Counted from the stretch's first letter, positions 18,300-27,178 are shown. The stretch is DNA of 33,569 nucleotides from Fibrobacteria bacterium (GCA_043732185.1 JAYTHY010000063.1:1-33569); one strand, 5' to 3'. Numbers and translations: made by a program. The notes: generated by a model not told the origin, from the letters alone.

Positions 18300-18477
18300 T
18301 TAAACGCTCCTTGCATCTATGGCGTCATATTCTTGGTGGGTCCCAACAAATCGGACATAAACGATTTTGAATTCATATTTGATGGCCACAATTAACCTGT
18401 ACTTATTCCCTTTGATATTGAACACAACCCGGTTTTTCCAAAAATTCCTTTAAAGTTCGCACTGAAATGACTCTCAC
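18300..18477 (-). pseudogene. higB: HigB toxin with internal deletion and frameshift
   Basis: GTG start [15 protein letters not shown] is joined out of frame to [44 protein letters not shown]; the middle of the gene is missing. Confidence 0.88.
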
Positions 18478-18492
18478 GCGCTATAAAGATAG

Positions 18493-18515
18493 CATGTTCC
18501 CATTTTGGGAACATG
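18493..18515. promoter_or_regulatory. Putative HigA operator palindrome
   Basis: CATGTTCCCA-TTT-TGGGAACATG, perfect 10-bp arms, just upstream of the higB start. Confidence 0.75.
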
Positions 18516-18530
18516 GGTTTACTGGATGGC

Positions 18531-18618
18531 GGCAGGCTTTCGATTCTTGTTTATGGCTATACCGCTACTGCCGGTTTTGTCGATGGGCAAAGCCAAGAGA
18601 GCGATAAGGCGTGGAGTT
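18531..18618 (+). repeat. Eroded copy 1 of the truncated outer-membrane gene at 24681-25124
   Basis: 18531-18596 matches 24686-24751 at 64/66; 18597-18608 equals 24828-24839; TGGAGTT (18612-18618) equals 25116-25122. Confidence 0.9.
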
Positions 18619-18698
18619 AGATAAACCCTTCCACGGGCTTCTTATCGCCTATCAAAGCACCCAGCCCACTTTGCGAGAGGGGAGGCCGTTTGCTTCAC

Positions 18699-18780
18699 TT
18701 CAAAAAAATGCGGGCGGACTTGGGTTTGTCTCAGTCGGAGATGACTGCGGCCCTCCATGTGTCTACGAAGACAATTCAAG
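18699..18780 (+). pseudogene. XRE HTH antitoxin fragment
   Basis: FKKMRADLGLSQSEMTAALHVSTKTIQ, cut off where the convergent Fic gene ends. Confidence 0.6.
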
Positions 18781-20302
18781 GAAAGGAATTCGCGATCAAT
18801 TTCTCGGCATCTGCCACTTCTTGGTCGGTCATCCAACCGAAATGAGCTTCCCGTTTTGCCTTGGAGATGCGGCCGGAATTCTGATCCGCACAGCGGATAA
18901 ACAGGTTTAGACTTTGCCCGGGCCAGTCCAGCAATTCATTTAGGGCAATTCGGGACTTTTCATACCCGATCAGAAAATCTATTTCCTTTTGCAGATCCTC
19001 TTTTACCGTGCGCTCAAGGGCCTGGTATAGGAACTCGGCTTGAACCGTGCAGTCGAAATACCGGAAGTAAAGGGCGTCATTACCGGTTGCAGGTAGATGG
19101 GGCATATCCGAATCGAATTGTGTGATTTGTAGCAGGGGTTGCGAGAACGCTTCCAGTACCCGAATGTATTCACTAAGATTGGCCAGTATCACAGCTGAAA
19201 CAGGTAGCACGATACCAGAAGGAGTAAATTCGGTTTTAGCGAGCATGTCATGGATCAAATAACGGTGTATGCGTCCATTTCCATCCATGAAAGGGTGAAT
19301 GAATACAAATCCGAAGGAAACGGTGGCTGCAAACACGACGGGATCCATGCCATTGTCTTTATTGTCTTTATTATCTTGGGCGATTCCCAAATTTAGCCTG
19401 TCATACTTTTCAGAAAAATTGAGTAGACCTACCATTAACATTGGTACATCTTCGGGGCGTGGCGGTACAAAATCCATTTTACTGCGATACCCAGGGTTTC
19501 TGCCAAGCCAATTCTGCCGAGTACGCCAACCGGCTTCCTGCAGCCGCGGATCCGCAACAGTATTTTGCAGCTCGATTAATCTGCTCATGGTCAATGGACT
19601 GTGGATGTCGGCATTCTGCAAAAGGTTCGCAAATCTTTGCGCGCGATCTGCTGTGGGCTTTTCCCGCTCGACTTCAAAAGAAGATTGCGTTTCTTTCAGG
19701 TAAAGAAAGTTGGCTGCTCTACTAAGCAAATCCGGATCGTAACGGTTGATCGTCTGCTGGATTTTTTGTTTGATATCCTCTTTAATTTTCTTGGCCAGAA
19801 ATGGCGTTCGCCGCACGAGAGGACAAAAGTCCCGATTTCCAGGCAGATTATCGGTAACTCGAAATTTTGTGCTTTGGCTACCGTTTTCCATACCGAATTG
19901 GAGTCGGGTATCCAGGACATCAACATAACGTGACTTGGACGATACCTTTGCATTTAACGATTTTCGCGTCAACCATTCAAAAAGAAAACCTATCCGCCGC
20001 GCATACTTGGATTCCGGATTCTCAATCAACCATGCCTGTATTTCATCGCCACCTGCTCGCTGGAAAAGCAGTGCCAAGATTTCAAGATTTACACCTTCAT
20101 ACTTTAGCGCGAACTGAAGGTGGCCGGACAACGTGTTCTTGGAGGCATACGCCGGTTCAAAAAGGAGGATTTCTTTGTTACGCTGAGTTGTTGTGCTTCG
20201 CCCTTTTATCGACGAATCGATACGCGCGCACCTTGTTAATGGCCGTGCCGGTAGCGAATACGTGTCAATTAAGAGTTGATAGCCAAGATTGCCATAGTCC
20301 AT
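18776..20302 (-). CDS. Fic-family protein (large type)
   Basis: Canonical HPFMDGNGRIHR motif; upstream SSFEVE resembles the inhibitory (S/T)xxxE helix. Confidence 0.92.
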   Translation of the reverse strand: MDYGNLGYQLLIDTYSLPARPLTRCARIDSSIKGRSTTTQRNKEILLFEPAYASKNTLSGHLQFALKYEGVNLEILALLFQRAGGDEIQAWLIENPESKYARRIGFLFEWLTRKSLNAKVSSKSRYVDVLDTRLQFGMENGSQSTKFRVTDNLPGNRDFCPLVRRTPFLAKKIKEDIKQKIQQTINRYDPDLLSRAANFLYLKETQSSFEVEREKPTADRAQRFANLLQNADIHSPLTMSRLIELQNTVADPRLQEAGWRTRQNWLGRNPGYRSKMDFVPPRPEDVPMLMVGLLNFSEKYDRLNLGIAQDNKDNKDNGMDPVVFAATVSFGFVFIHPFMDGNGRIHRYLIHDMLAKTEFTPSGIVLPVSAVILANLSEYIRVLEAFSQPLLQITQFDSDMPHLPATGNDALYFRYFDCTVQAEFLYQALERTVKEDLQKEIDFLIGYEKSRIALNELLDWPGQSLNLFIRCADQNSGRISKAKREAHFGWMTDQEVADAEKLIANSFP

Positions 20303-20441
20303 GCTGTTCCTAGAATTGGCCGCTATTGGAGATTTTAAGCCGCAATATCTAATCTACTGTAATTATACCTGCATTTGCGTGTCCTATTCTCATTTTACTT
20401 AAAAATGCGGCTATTTTTAGAGAATGCGGTGATTTTTGGGG

Positions 20442-20543
20442 GTGGACTCGAGTGCTGTTTGTCCGGAGCTGGGGGGATGGGGATCGTTTGCTTATTCTTC
20501 TTATTCCAGGTATCGGAGCAATCTGAGTTATGATTGGAGTTGG
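20442..20543 (+). repeat. Eroded copy 2 of the truncated outer-membrane gene
   Basis: 20442-20484 matches 24879-24921 at 41/43; AGTTATGATTGGAGTTGG (20526-20543) equals 25107-25124. Confidence 0.9.
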
Positions 20544-20604
20544 CTACTTCTCGAAATTGGGAGTTTGATGCTTCTTCGAATTCCAATCCTGAACGATTCT
20601 CAGA

Positions 20605-20857
20605 ATCCGATTCGACTAAGGAGATGCTCGATCATATCGCTTGCCTGGTGCTGGCGTAACGTCCTACTCGCTCATTTCTGAGCAGTTCCTTGGCTCCCGG
20701 AGAAATGGACTCGGCCACCAAGATCGACAGTGGCTCTTTAGCCTTGCCCTTGGGCCTTGTGTGATTGGTTTCCTTGAACTGCCAGAGAACCTGACGGACA
20801 TCTCATGGATAGACAGTTTTCTTGGCTTCGATTAGCATGACGAAGGACTTGCCAGCC
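20605..20857 (-). pseudogene. Diverged, internally deleted duplicate of the AbiE-like pair at 22444-24437
   Basis: 20605-~20665 aligns to 22446-~22506 and ~20662-20857 aligns to 24087-24282, with scattered substitutions. About 1.6 kb is missing at a short (C/T)CCT microhomology. Confidence 0.92.
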
Positions 20858-20894
20858 GAATCTGGCCGAAAAATATAATTCGGCCAGATTCGGC

Positions 20895-21375
20895 CAAAAC
20901 TGGAGCAAAAGCTTTCCTCGTGGATTACAGATGGCATCCGTCCATTGTTGCTTCCCCTCATTCAAATCAGGCGTACTGCCCAAGGCCCGATATTGGCTAT
21001 CCAAGTCGGTTCCGGTTCCAAGCGTCCCTGCGGAGTTGTTGGAAAATCCAGTCAGGATGTTTTCGTGCGCATCGGCTCCAGCACGCGCAAAGCGGATGCT
21101 GCAACTATCGAGCGAATGCGATTACAATCACAGGGGCGAACCTGGGATGGATTATAAATCGCTTCGCATACAGCGAATCAACCCGCTTGGCTCCCACCAA
21201 TGCGGGAGTCCTTTTTTTCCATCCCCGTCCTCAAGAAATCCTTCCTCAGGCAAAAGTGGAAATGGCCCGTTTCGATAGAGCCAGCGCCCGGAATTTCCAT
21301 GCTTCGAAATCCTGTCTTGGCCAGGGGATTCAGCGAAATCGGTTTGATAGTTGGCTGGGGAACCGGGATTCAAGT
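20895..21375 (+). pseudogene. AlbA_2 (Schlafen-like) / HATPase_c_4 regulator pseudogene with multiple deletions
   Basis: Fragments in different frames: LEQKLSSWITDGIRPLLLPLIQ...VFVRIGSSTRKAD; PTNAGVLFF..PQEILPQAKVEMARF; GISMLRNPVLARGFSEIGLIVGWGTGI. Confidence 0.75.
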
Positions 21376-21523
21376 TGCCCAAGAGGCGTTGAGAAAAGCC
21401 TCACTCTTGCGGCTACCATGGGTAGGATTACAACCGGGGACGACTAAGGCGGCGGCCTATCGGTTGCAAGGCATGGGAAGGGTCGATTGAAGGATTTAGG
21501 GCTGGGCCCTAGGCATCCAATCC

Positions 21524-21551
21524 GGATGTGCAGGGCGGTCGTGTGGATTTC
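21524..21551. repeat. 28-bp internal fragment of gmhA
   Basis: GGATGTGCAGGGCGGTCGTGTGGATTTC matches 17284-17311 at 27/28 and abuts the stop codon of the MNT gene. Confidence 0.85.
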
Positions 21552-21851
21552 CTAGGGTAGCAAAACGGTATGCGTCTTTTCCACAATCAGTTTGAAATCA
21601 GGCGAAACCGATGCGAGATCAATGACATCTACTCGAAAAGGAAGATCTGAATCTGAAAACGATTCTCGCAAATCCCAAATGGTTTCGGATGGAATCGGCT
21701 TATCGCTTAACAGCGCAAGATCCAAATCAGAAAAACGCTTGGCTTTTCCCGTTATTCTGCTTCCAAAAGCCCAAACTGTAGCGTCAGGAACGATTTTCCG
21801 CAAAATGGTGCGGACTTCTGACAATTGGTTGGATCCAATATCGACATTCAT
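21552..21851 (-). CDS. Minimal nucleotidyltransferase (MntA/HI0073-like antitoxin)
   Basis: AFGSRITGKAKRFSDLDLAL (GSx10DxD) and SDLPFRVDVID. Confidence 0.9.
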   Translation of the reverse strand: MNVDIGSNQLSEVRTILRKIVPDATVWAFGSRITGKAKRFSDLDLALLSDKPIPSETIWDLRESFSDSDLPFRVDVIDLASVSPDFKLIVEKTHTVLLP

Positions 21852-22170
21852 TCCTTACGCTTGGCCAAGCACTCCAGGAGGTCGTTTGCATCGGCAACGA
21901 AATTCACAGCTATGGCGTGCACTTCTTCGGCCTTGGCCTCTTGATAGGTATGGACAGTTTCATTGCGCGCCCGGTGATATCCAAACCAAAGGACCGGGTC
22001 CTTAAGCAATCTCAGTACCGTTTTAAAGACTTCCATGCTAATTCATACGTAAACTCAAACCGCTGAATGACGGAGTCCCGAAGAAACTCGTTTTTAGGCT
22101 CTAAGGTTGCCCGCCTAAGCGCCTCTAAAACTTGGCGATAGAGGTTTAGGTTGAGGGTTTCAGGCAGCAT
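21848..22170 (-). pseudogene. HEPN toxin (HI0074/HepT-like) with internal deletion and frameshift
   Basis: MLPETLNL...RDSVIQRFEFTYELAWKSLKRY*, then out of frame LLKDPVLWFGYHRARNETVHTY (Rx4H motif); the linking segment is absent. Confidence 0.85.
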
Positions 22171-22228
22171 GCATACAATGTACAGCTCTTTTTGAGGTTT
22201 TACCAAGGATGTCTTAGAGGCGGGGACA

Positions 22229-22396
22229 TATTTATTGGAAGCGGAATACCACCGCATGATAGATAGCGATAAGCCTCGGTCCTATATTTTTCCGCGGTTT
22301 TTTTTTCGGAAGTGGACTCGAGTCCGGATTGTCCTGAGCTGGGGGGATGGGGATCGGAGCAGCACGGGGACCCGCTTCATCCCAGTTATGATTGGA
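22229..22396 (+). repeat. Eroded copy 3 of the truncated outer-membrane gene
   Basis: Aligns to ~24795-24921, then jumps to ~25078-25119 (CGGAGCAGCA...CTTCATCCCAGTTATGATTGGA). Confidence 0.92.
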
Positions 22397-22443
22397 AGTA
22401 GGTGGTAAGGCCAGTTGTGTTGGCGAGGCTGGACAATGCTCCA

Positions 22444-23340
22444 CTATCCGATTCGACTAAGGAGATGCTCGATCACATCGCTTGCCTGCCGCTGGCGCAA
22501 CGCCCTCGCTTCGCGCTGCTCGGGCTCGTCGCTCTCACCAAGTTCGAACTTGGCGACCGACACGGGACCATCCTTGCGATAGCCTTCCGTTTTGTCGTCC
22601 TGTGTGAAGCGATTGCGTAAAATCGCCAATGAAGCCTTAATCACCGCTCCATGCTTGCCGTCCAGCTCCTTGCGGAAGGCTTCGGCAACGGCTTCCATTC
22701 CTTCGGGTGCGTTCTCAATGCAATAAACGAGATCGTGCGCATCCTTGCGTTCGAATCGCTGGTCGAATGCAAACGACTTCAGGCAGGTAAAGCTAATCAG
22801 ATTGGCGTGCTTGACCTTTTCGGTCGTCATGCCATTTTCGCCCAACAGCTCGGCGTGAATCTCAGTGACCTGATGAAGATCGAAAACGATGGACGAATGC
22901 GGAATGTTCAGCGCCGAAATTTTGCCCTTGGTCGGAAGTGGTTGAACCTTGCCGCCGGCGATGTCCGGTGCATCCGCTAGCAGCTCAAGCAACATTAGCG
23001 CACCGTTTTCGGTTCGTGTTTGCCAACGCCATGAAAGTTTTACCCCAGCCTCATTTTCGGCGCGCTCGAAGCCCATTTTCTTAAGGTTGTCTTCCAGCGT
23101 ATGATACGCATCGGTATTGGTCAGGATTTGCAGATCGATTACGATATCGACATCCAGTGTGCCGGCATGTGCTGGAACCGCTGGCGGTCGGGCGGCGACC
23201 AAATACCTAGGCGTGAGGCCACCCACTAAATAGATCGAGTTCTTCCAAGGCCCTAGCCCGCGCAGCAGCGTCACGAGGACGCGTTCGCAGTCGAATGTGT
23301 ACTGGTCATTGTAGCCAGAAAATGTCGTTGGTTTGGCCAT
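22444..23340 (-). CDS. Nucleotidyltransferase-fold protein, AbiEii-like partner of a type IV TA pair
   Basis: YLVGGL...HAGTLDVD motif and LKSFAFDQRFERKDAHDLVY; 1-nt overlap with the upstream gene. Confidence 0.75.
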   Translation of the reverse strand: MAKPTTFSGYNDQYTFDCERVLVTLLRGLGPWKNSIYLVGGLTPRYLVAARPPAVPAHAGTLDVDIVIDLQILTNTDAYHTLEDNLKKMGFERAENEAGVKLSWRWQTRTENGALMLLELLADAPDIAGGKVQPLPTKGKISALNIPHSSIVFDLHQVTEIHAELLGENGMTTEKVKHANLISFTCLKSFAFDQRFERKDAHDLVYCIENAPEGMEAVAEAFRKELDGKHGAVIKASLAILRNRFTQDDKTEGYRKDGPVSVAKFELGESDEPEQREARALRQRQASDVIEHLLSRIG

Positions 23341-24437
23341 CAGAAGCCGATCCTTTCTTTGCGCAGATGCTCAGCCATTTCTTTGGAGCGCCCTTCACCG
23401 CGTAGCAGATCGAGGTAGACCTGGACGGGACTGGCCAGCCAAATTCCGCCGACTTGTTCGCGAAACAGCAACTCACCGGGTGACTTCGCTTCAATGATAA
23501 CCAGGTTGGCGCCTTCGTTGACGACGCGTGCGCCGAGGTCGGCGATCGCGGCGTCGGCGTTTGCCCCGATCAGCATCCGAATACGCACCTGGGAGACGCT
23601 AGTGAGAAACGGAGCGTAGCTCTGCGCGGCAGCTTCATGGCTGACCGCGTACTTGGCATCATGCGCATCAAAGACTTCGCCGACACGCTGCAGCATCGCG
23701 TCCGGTTTGATGGCAGGCACGTAATAGCGGCGTAGATTTAAGGGCTGAATTAAAGCGAGCTGCTTCACCCAACCATCCAACAGGGCTGCGGGTTCGCGGA
23801 GATGCCGTTCTTTGCTAGGCCCCTGTCCGCGCGATGTCAGCCAGTCGAAGCGGTCCAGTTCCGTCAACACCTGCGAGGCGGTAGCCGGTGACACCATCGC
23901 CTGGTGCGCGAGTTCCTTGACACTGAACCAATCCTGATGTTGGACCAGCAAGGCGTGAACCACCTGCGCGCTTCGTCCGGAATACAGGGAGCGAAAGGCC
24001 TTCACTAGACTGTTGGGTTGCGGCTTGTCGATATAGAGATAGGCCCCCGGTGCAGGCAAATACAGACTGCCGCCGCTGTCGTAATACCCTACTCGCTCAT
24101 TTCTGAGCAGCTCCTTGGCTCCCGGAGAAATGGACTCGGCCACCAAGATCGATAGTGGCTTTTTAACCTGGCCCTTGGGCCTTGTGTGATTGGAATCCTT
24201 AAACTGCCAGAGAGCCTGACGGACATCTCGTGGATAAACAGCTTTCTTGGCTTCGATTAGCAAGATGAAGGACTTGCCAGCCACATGCAGGTCGATTTGA
24301 GCATCATGGCTGCGGCCGATGGTCGAACCAGCAGGTTTCCAGTGATCCAGGTCGGCGTGCACTTCGGGTAGTTGCCGCAGCGCTTCGAGAAACTGCTCGA
24401 TTAATTGCCGCTCGGTAATGGGGGATTCAAGCGTCAT
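23340..24437 (-). CDS. Type IV TA AbiEi-family antitoxin (winged HTH)
   Basis: VGYYDSGGSLYL, HTH SVKELAHQAMVSPATASQVL..L, LLDGW, EGANL, ASPVQVYLDL...GRSKEMAEHLR. Confidence 0.8.
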   Translation of the reverse strand: MTLESPITERQLIEQFLEALRQLPEVHADLDHWKPAGSTIGRSHDAQIDLHVAGKSFILLIEAKKAVYPRDVRQALWQFKDSNHTRPKGQVKKPLSILVAESISPGAKELLRNERVGYYDSGGSLYLPAPGAYLYIDKPQPNSLVKAFRSLYSGRSAQVVHALLVQHQDWFSVKELAHQAMVSPATASQVLTELDRFDWLTSRGQGPSKERHLREPAALLDGWVKQLALIQPLNLRRYYVPAIKPDAMLQRVGEVFDAHDAKYAVSHEAAAQSYAPFLTSVSQVRIRMLIGANADAAIADLGARVVNEGANLVIIEAKSPGELLFREQVGGIWLASPVQVYLDLLRGEGRSKEMAEHLRKERIGF

Positions 24438-24451
24438 GGAAATTAGGCTTC

Positions 24452-24524
24452 TTTACTGTTCAGTGAATAACTGAATTATAGCAAATAATTAATAATTATA
24501 CAATATTTACTGCTCAGTAAATAT
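24452..24524. promoter_or_regulatory. Two related inverted repeats upstream of the AbiEi gene (putative autoregulatory operators)
   Basis: TTTACTG-TT-CAGTGAA (24452-24467) and perfect ATATTTACTG-CT-CAGTAAATAT (24503-24524). Confidence 0.7.
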
Positions 24525-24680
24525 ATTGATATTTCCTTTGAATGGGTGAAAGCTCACGGAGTCGACGGGGCCAGGTGGTTTATTGTGCCACTATTTGCAG
24601 GCAATGGCCTGATCAAGTCTCTAGAAACTCAAATGTGATTTTGATACAATAAGCCTCTATCCTTTTTACCTGGGTTGGGT

Positions 24681-25157
24681 ATGCTGGCAGGCTTTCGATT
24701 CTTGTTTATGGCTCTACCGCTACTGCCGGTTTTGTCGATGGGCAATGCCAATCAACCGCTCGATCATCCCTATACTCTGAGGAACCAGAGTCCGTATTTA
24801 TTGGAAGCGGAATACCACCGCATGATCGAGAGCGATAAGCCTCGGTCTTATATTTTTCCGCGGCCCTGTTTTTCGGAAGTGGACTCGAGTGCGGTTTGTC
24901 CTGAGCTGGGGGGATGGGGATTTAAGGATTCTTTGCGGCAACGGAGTATGAGGCTTTCTCCCGTTGTTGGGTATGAGTACCGGTATCTAAACGAAAATGT
25001 GCATGCCGGGGATTTCGGGGTGATTACGGAAGGGGGTTCGGGACCGGTTTCGTTTTACTTGGATGCGCGGATGTATACGGAGCAGCATGAGGATTCACTT
25101 CATCCCAGTTATGATTGGAGTTGGGGGCTTAGTGGCGCGCAACGGGAAGTCTGTTGA
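24681..25157 (+). pseudogene. 5' fragment of an exported or outer-membrane protein (possibly Wzi-like); longest copy of the repeated unit
   Basis: Signal peptide and beta-strand-like segments (LSPVVGYEYRY, PVSFYLDARMY). It runs into the PIN remnant near 25125. The family call rests only on context. Confidence 0.55.
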
Positions 25158-25231
25158 GGAACTCGATAAACCTGATCCAGATCAGATGGCACGAAGATGA
25201 TTTTAACGTTGGTATCAAGAACGACGAGCAC
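25129..25231 (-). pseudogene. PIN-domain toxin remnant
   Basis: GTG start overlapping the AbrB gene's 3' end gives MLVVLDTNV (PIN signature). The core is missing; a possible C-terminus FIEFLNRLPVARH* is in another frame. Confidence 0.72.
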
Positions 25232-25487
25232 GACGACGGACTTTCTGAATAGCCTCCTCAACATCGCTTTTTTTTAGTCCTGCTTCCTTGGCGTAGCGGT
25301 AGCTATCCTGGATTAGCTTCTTGAAAGATGCGGCGCTTGGGGCCATGATAGGCTTCATGAGCAGATTGACCCCGTCGCTGAAGACCATAAGTTTAGTGCC
25401 TTCTTCTAGTCCCATTTGTTTCCGAATATCGTTAGGTATAACAACTTGACCCCTTGAGGATACGCTGGTAAACTCGACATGAGACAT
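25215..25487 (-). CDS. AbrB/MazE/SpoVT-family antitoxin
   Basis: TSVSSRGQVVIPNDIRKQMGLEEGTKL; SD GGAGG; upstream palindrome TACTTA-CTAA-TAAGTA (25511-25526). Confidence 0.9.
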   Translation of the reverse strand: MSHVEFTSVSSRGQVVIPNDIRKQMGLEEGTKLMVFSDGVNLLMKPIMAPSAASFKKLIQDSYRYAKEAGLKKSDVEEAIQKVRRRARRS

Positions 25488-25568
25488 GATGCCCCTCCAC
25501 TAATAAGATTTACTTACTAATAAGTATACACCCTTACTACCGATTCCGCCAACGCAAAAATTTTGGGT

Positions 25569-25910
25569 TTAAAAGCAAAGTTTCTTTCCTAGAGCGACAG
25601 GAGCTGGTCGGGCCTTTTTTTTGAAAGTCACGACCTTTGTCTTACGGGGCCGCAAAGTCAAATCCATTTCCAGGGCATCACAGACCTTGAAAAGTGTTTC
25701 CACATTGCAAGCCTTGGCATTCTCAACTTTGGATAACTGCTGCTGGGTAATATGGGCTTTTGTGGCTAAGTCCGCTTGGGTCATTCCCAGATTGTCCCGA
25801 GCCTGTGCAATTTCAATGGCGAGACGTGCCGCATGCAGCTCCTTCTCGTACCCTTGAGCGAATTCCCTGTCCTTGAGCATTTCTGCGAGTTGGTCACGAA
25901 AACGAATCAT
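25569..25910 (-). CDS. XRE HTH antitoxin-like protein with no adjacent toxin
   Basis: FRDQLAEMLKDREFAQGYE...IAQARDNLGMTQADLATKAHITQQQLSKVEN; ATG 25910 behind AAAGGAGG. Confidence 0.8.
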   Translation of the reverse strand: MIRFRDQLAEMLKDREFAQGYEKELHAARLAIEIAQARDNLGMTQADLATKAHITQQQLSKVENAKACNVETLFKVCDALEMDLTLRPRKTKVVTFKKKARPAPVALGKKLCF

Positions 25911-26019
25911 AAAGATCCTCCCTTTAATAACCATACATCATAACAGATGTAAGGCTAATCTTCTCCAATTCTATTGGAAAGACCACCAGAGCCCTTCGCG
26001 CGCGATCCAACCCGGGCCA

Positions 26020-26630
26020 TCATTCCTCTGTCAGGAACTGATGAAGATCCGGCATTGCCTTGGCCACGATGGTAAGGAGATCCTTCCGCCAGGAAGGATG
26101 CATGCTGGCATAGACTGTTTTGATGCTCTTCCGGCCGGCTCCACTTTTTAAGAGGAACTGAACGATACCTTGAGCAGCCTCTCGATCCTTGACCTTCTTT
26201 TCTGCATTCTTCCGCCGTGGCTGGATCAGGAACTTATGCAGGGCGTAAGCAGCTGGCTCCGGCACGTTCACCCGCAACCCATGGTAAGGAACTGTAAGTA
26301 CATTTTCAGCCAACATATCCAGCATACGAATACCGGATGCGTTGGTATTGAGCTTTGCAACTTTATAAGGTTCTTTCTGGCCTTTACCGTGCATGGGAAC
26401 CAGAAACTCCAGAAGTAGATCCGGATGGACATGCTTCTCAAGCCCGTCGGTCATATTAACCTGCACCTTGAAGTCGAGATTCGCTAAAATATTTGGGACA
26501 TTCACTACTTTTTTGATCCGACTGAGCCGTGGGATTAGGAAGTCGATATCCAAGGTCCTAAGTCTTCCAAAATACCTTCATGGTCAAAACTCTTGAGGAT
26601 GGAGAGAACCAAATTACGCTGCGCGGACAC
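26020..26630 (-). pseudogene. GSU2403-like nucleotidyltransferase-fold protein with internal deletion and frameshift near the N-terminus
   Basis: GTG 26630 gives MSAQRNLVLSILKSFDHEGILEDL, joined out of frame to LRTLDIDFLIP...VPEPAAYALHKFLI..RR...K..KDR. The glycine-containing (IGSW-type) motif between them is missing. Confidence 0.72.
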
Positions 26631-26928
26631 GAAGCATCCTTTCCACCTCTTTAAGGTTAGTTTTTGCTTTTTTAACCAAAGCCTCAAGCTTCCTCCGTTC
26701 AGCAACTTTATCATTCATTTTCTGAACAGACTCGGAGGAAGCCAAACCAAGATAGTCAAAATGGATTTGCCCCTTTTTTCGATAAGCAAGGTAGGCGTAT
26801 TCACCATTGCGGATACGCTTAAGCGAGATGGAACCGCGAGGAAAGGCCTTTACCTCCGAGCCATACAAACGAAGCAGGGCCTTTAGCCTTTGCTTTTCTT
26901 CTTTAAGTACACCGCGTAAGACGCTCAT
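26614..26928 (-). CDS. Small basic coiled-coil protein, upstream partner of the nucleotidyltransferase (putative antitoxin or regulator)
   Basis: PRGSISLKRIRNGEYAYLAYRKKGQIHFDYLG flanked by helices; upstream palindrome TTGTTA-CC-TAACAA. Confidence 0.7.
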   Translation of the reverse strand: MSVLRGVLKEEKQRLKALLRLYGSEVKAFPRGSISLKRIRNGEYAYLAYRKKGQIHFDYLGLASSESVQKMNDKVAERRKLEALVKKAKTNLKEVERMLRVRAA

Positions 26929-27076
26929 AGTTGTTACCTAACAATAATAATTTTATGATACTTTGTTAGTTAATAGCCGTCAACTAGGTATTTAGTGTTT
27001 TTAATGGGCGGTATTGGAGATTTTTCCCTATACGCGATTTTTGGGCCACTCCGCACGACGGCTAAGAGGTAGTGAT

Positions 27077-27157
27077 GTCACCGTGAACCCCGCTATCTTC
27101 GGGGGTAAGCCCTTGATCCGGGGTCACCGATTGGCGGTGGAACACGTTCTGGGGCTG
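27077..27157 (+). pseudogene. DUF433 antitoxin-like fragment
   Basis: VTVNPAIFGGKPLIRGHRLAVEHVLGL matches the DUF433 pattern; no start and no C-terminus. Confidence 0.8.
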
Positions 27158-27178
27158 CCGCATTGAACTCATTTCCTC

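Noticed and set aside
18531..25124. Repeated units as a CRISPR array or integron attC sites
   Set aside because: Copies vary in length, derive from coding sequence, lie kilobases apart and lack attC palindromic boxes; no cas or intI gene is present.
27012..27045. TATTGGAGATTTT and GATTTTTGGG shared with the Fic upstream region (20324-20440)
   Set aside because: The matches are short and low in complexity; they could be a remnant but cannot be told from chance without statistics.
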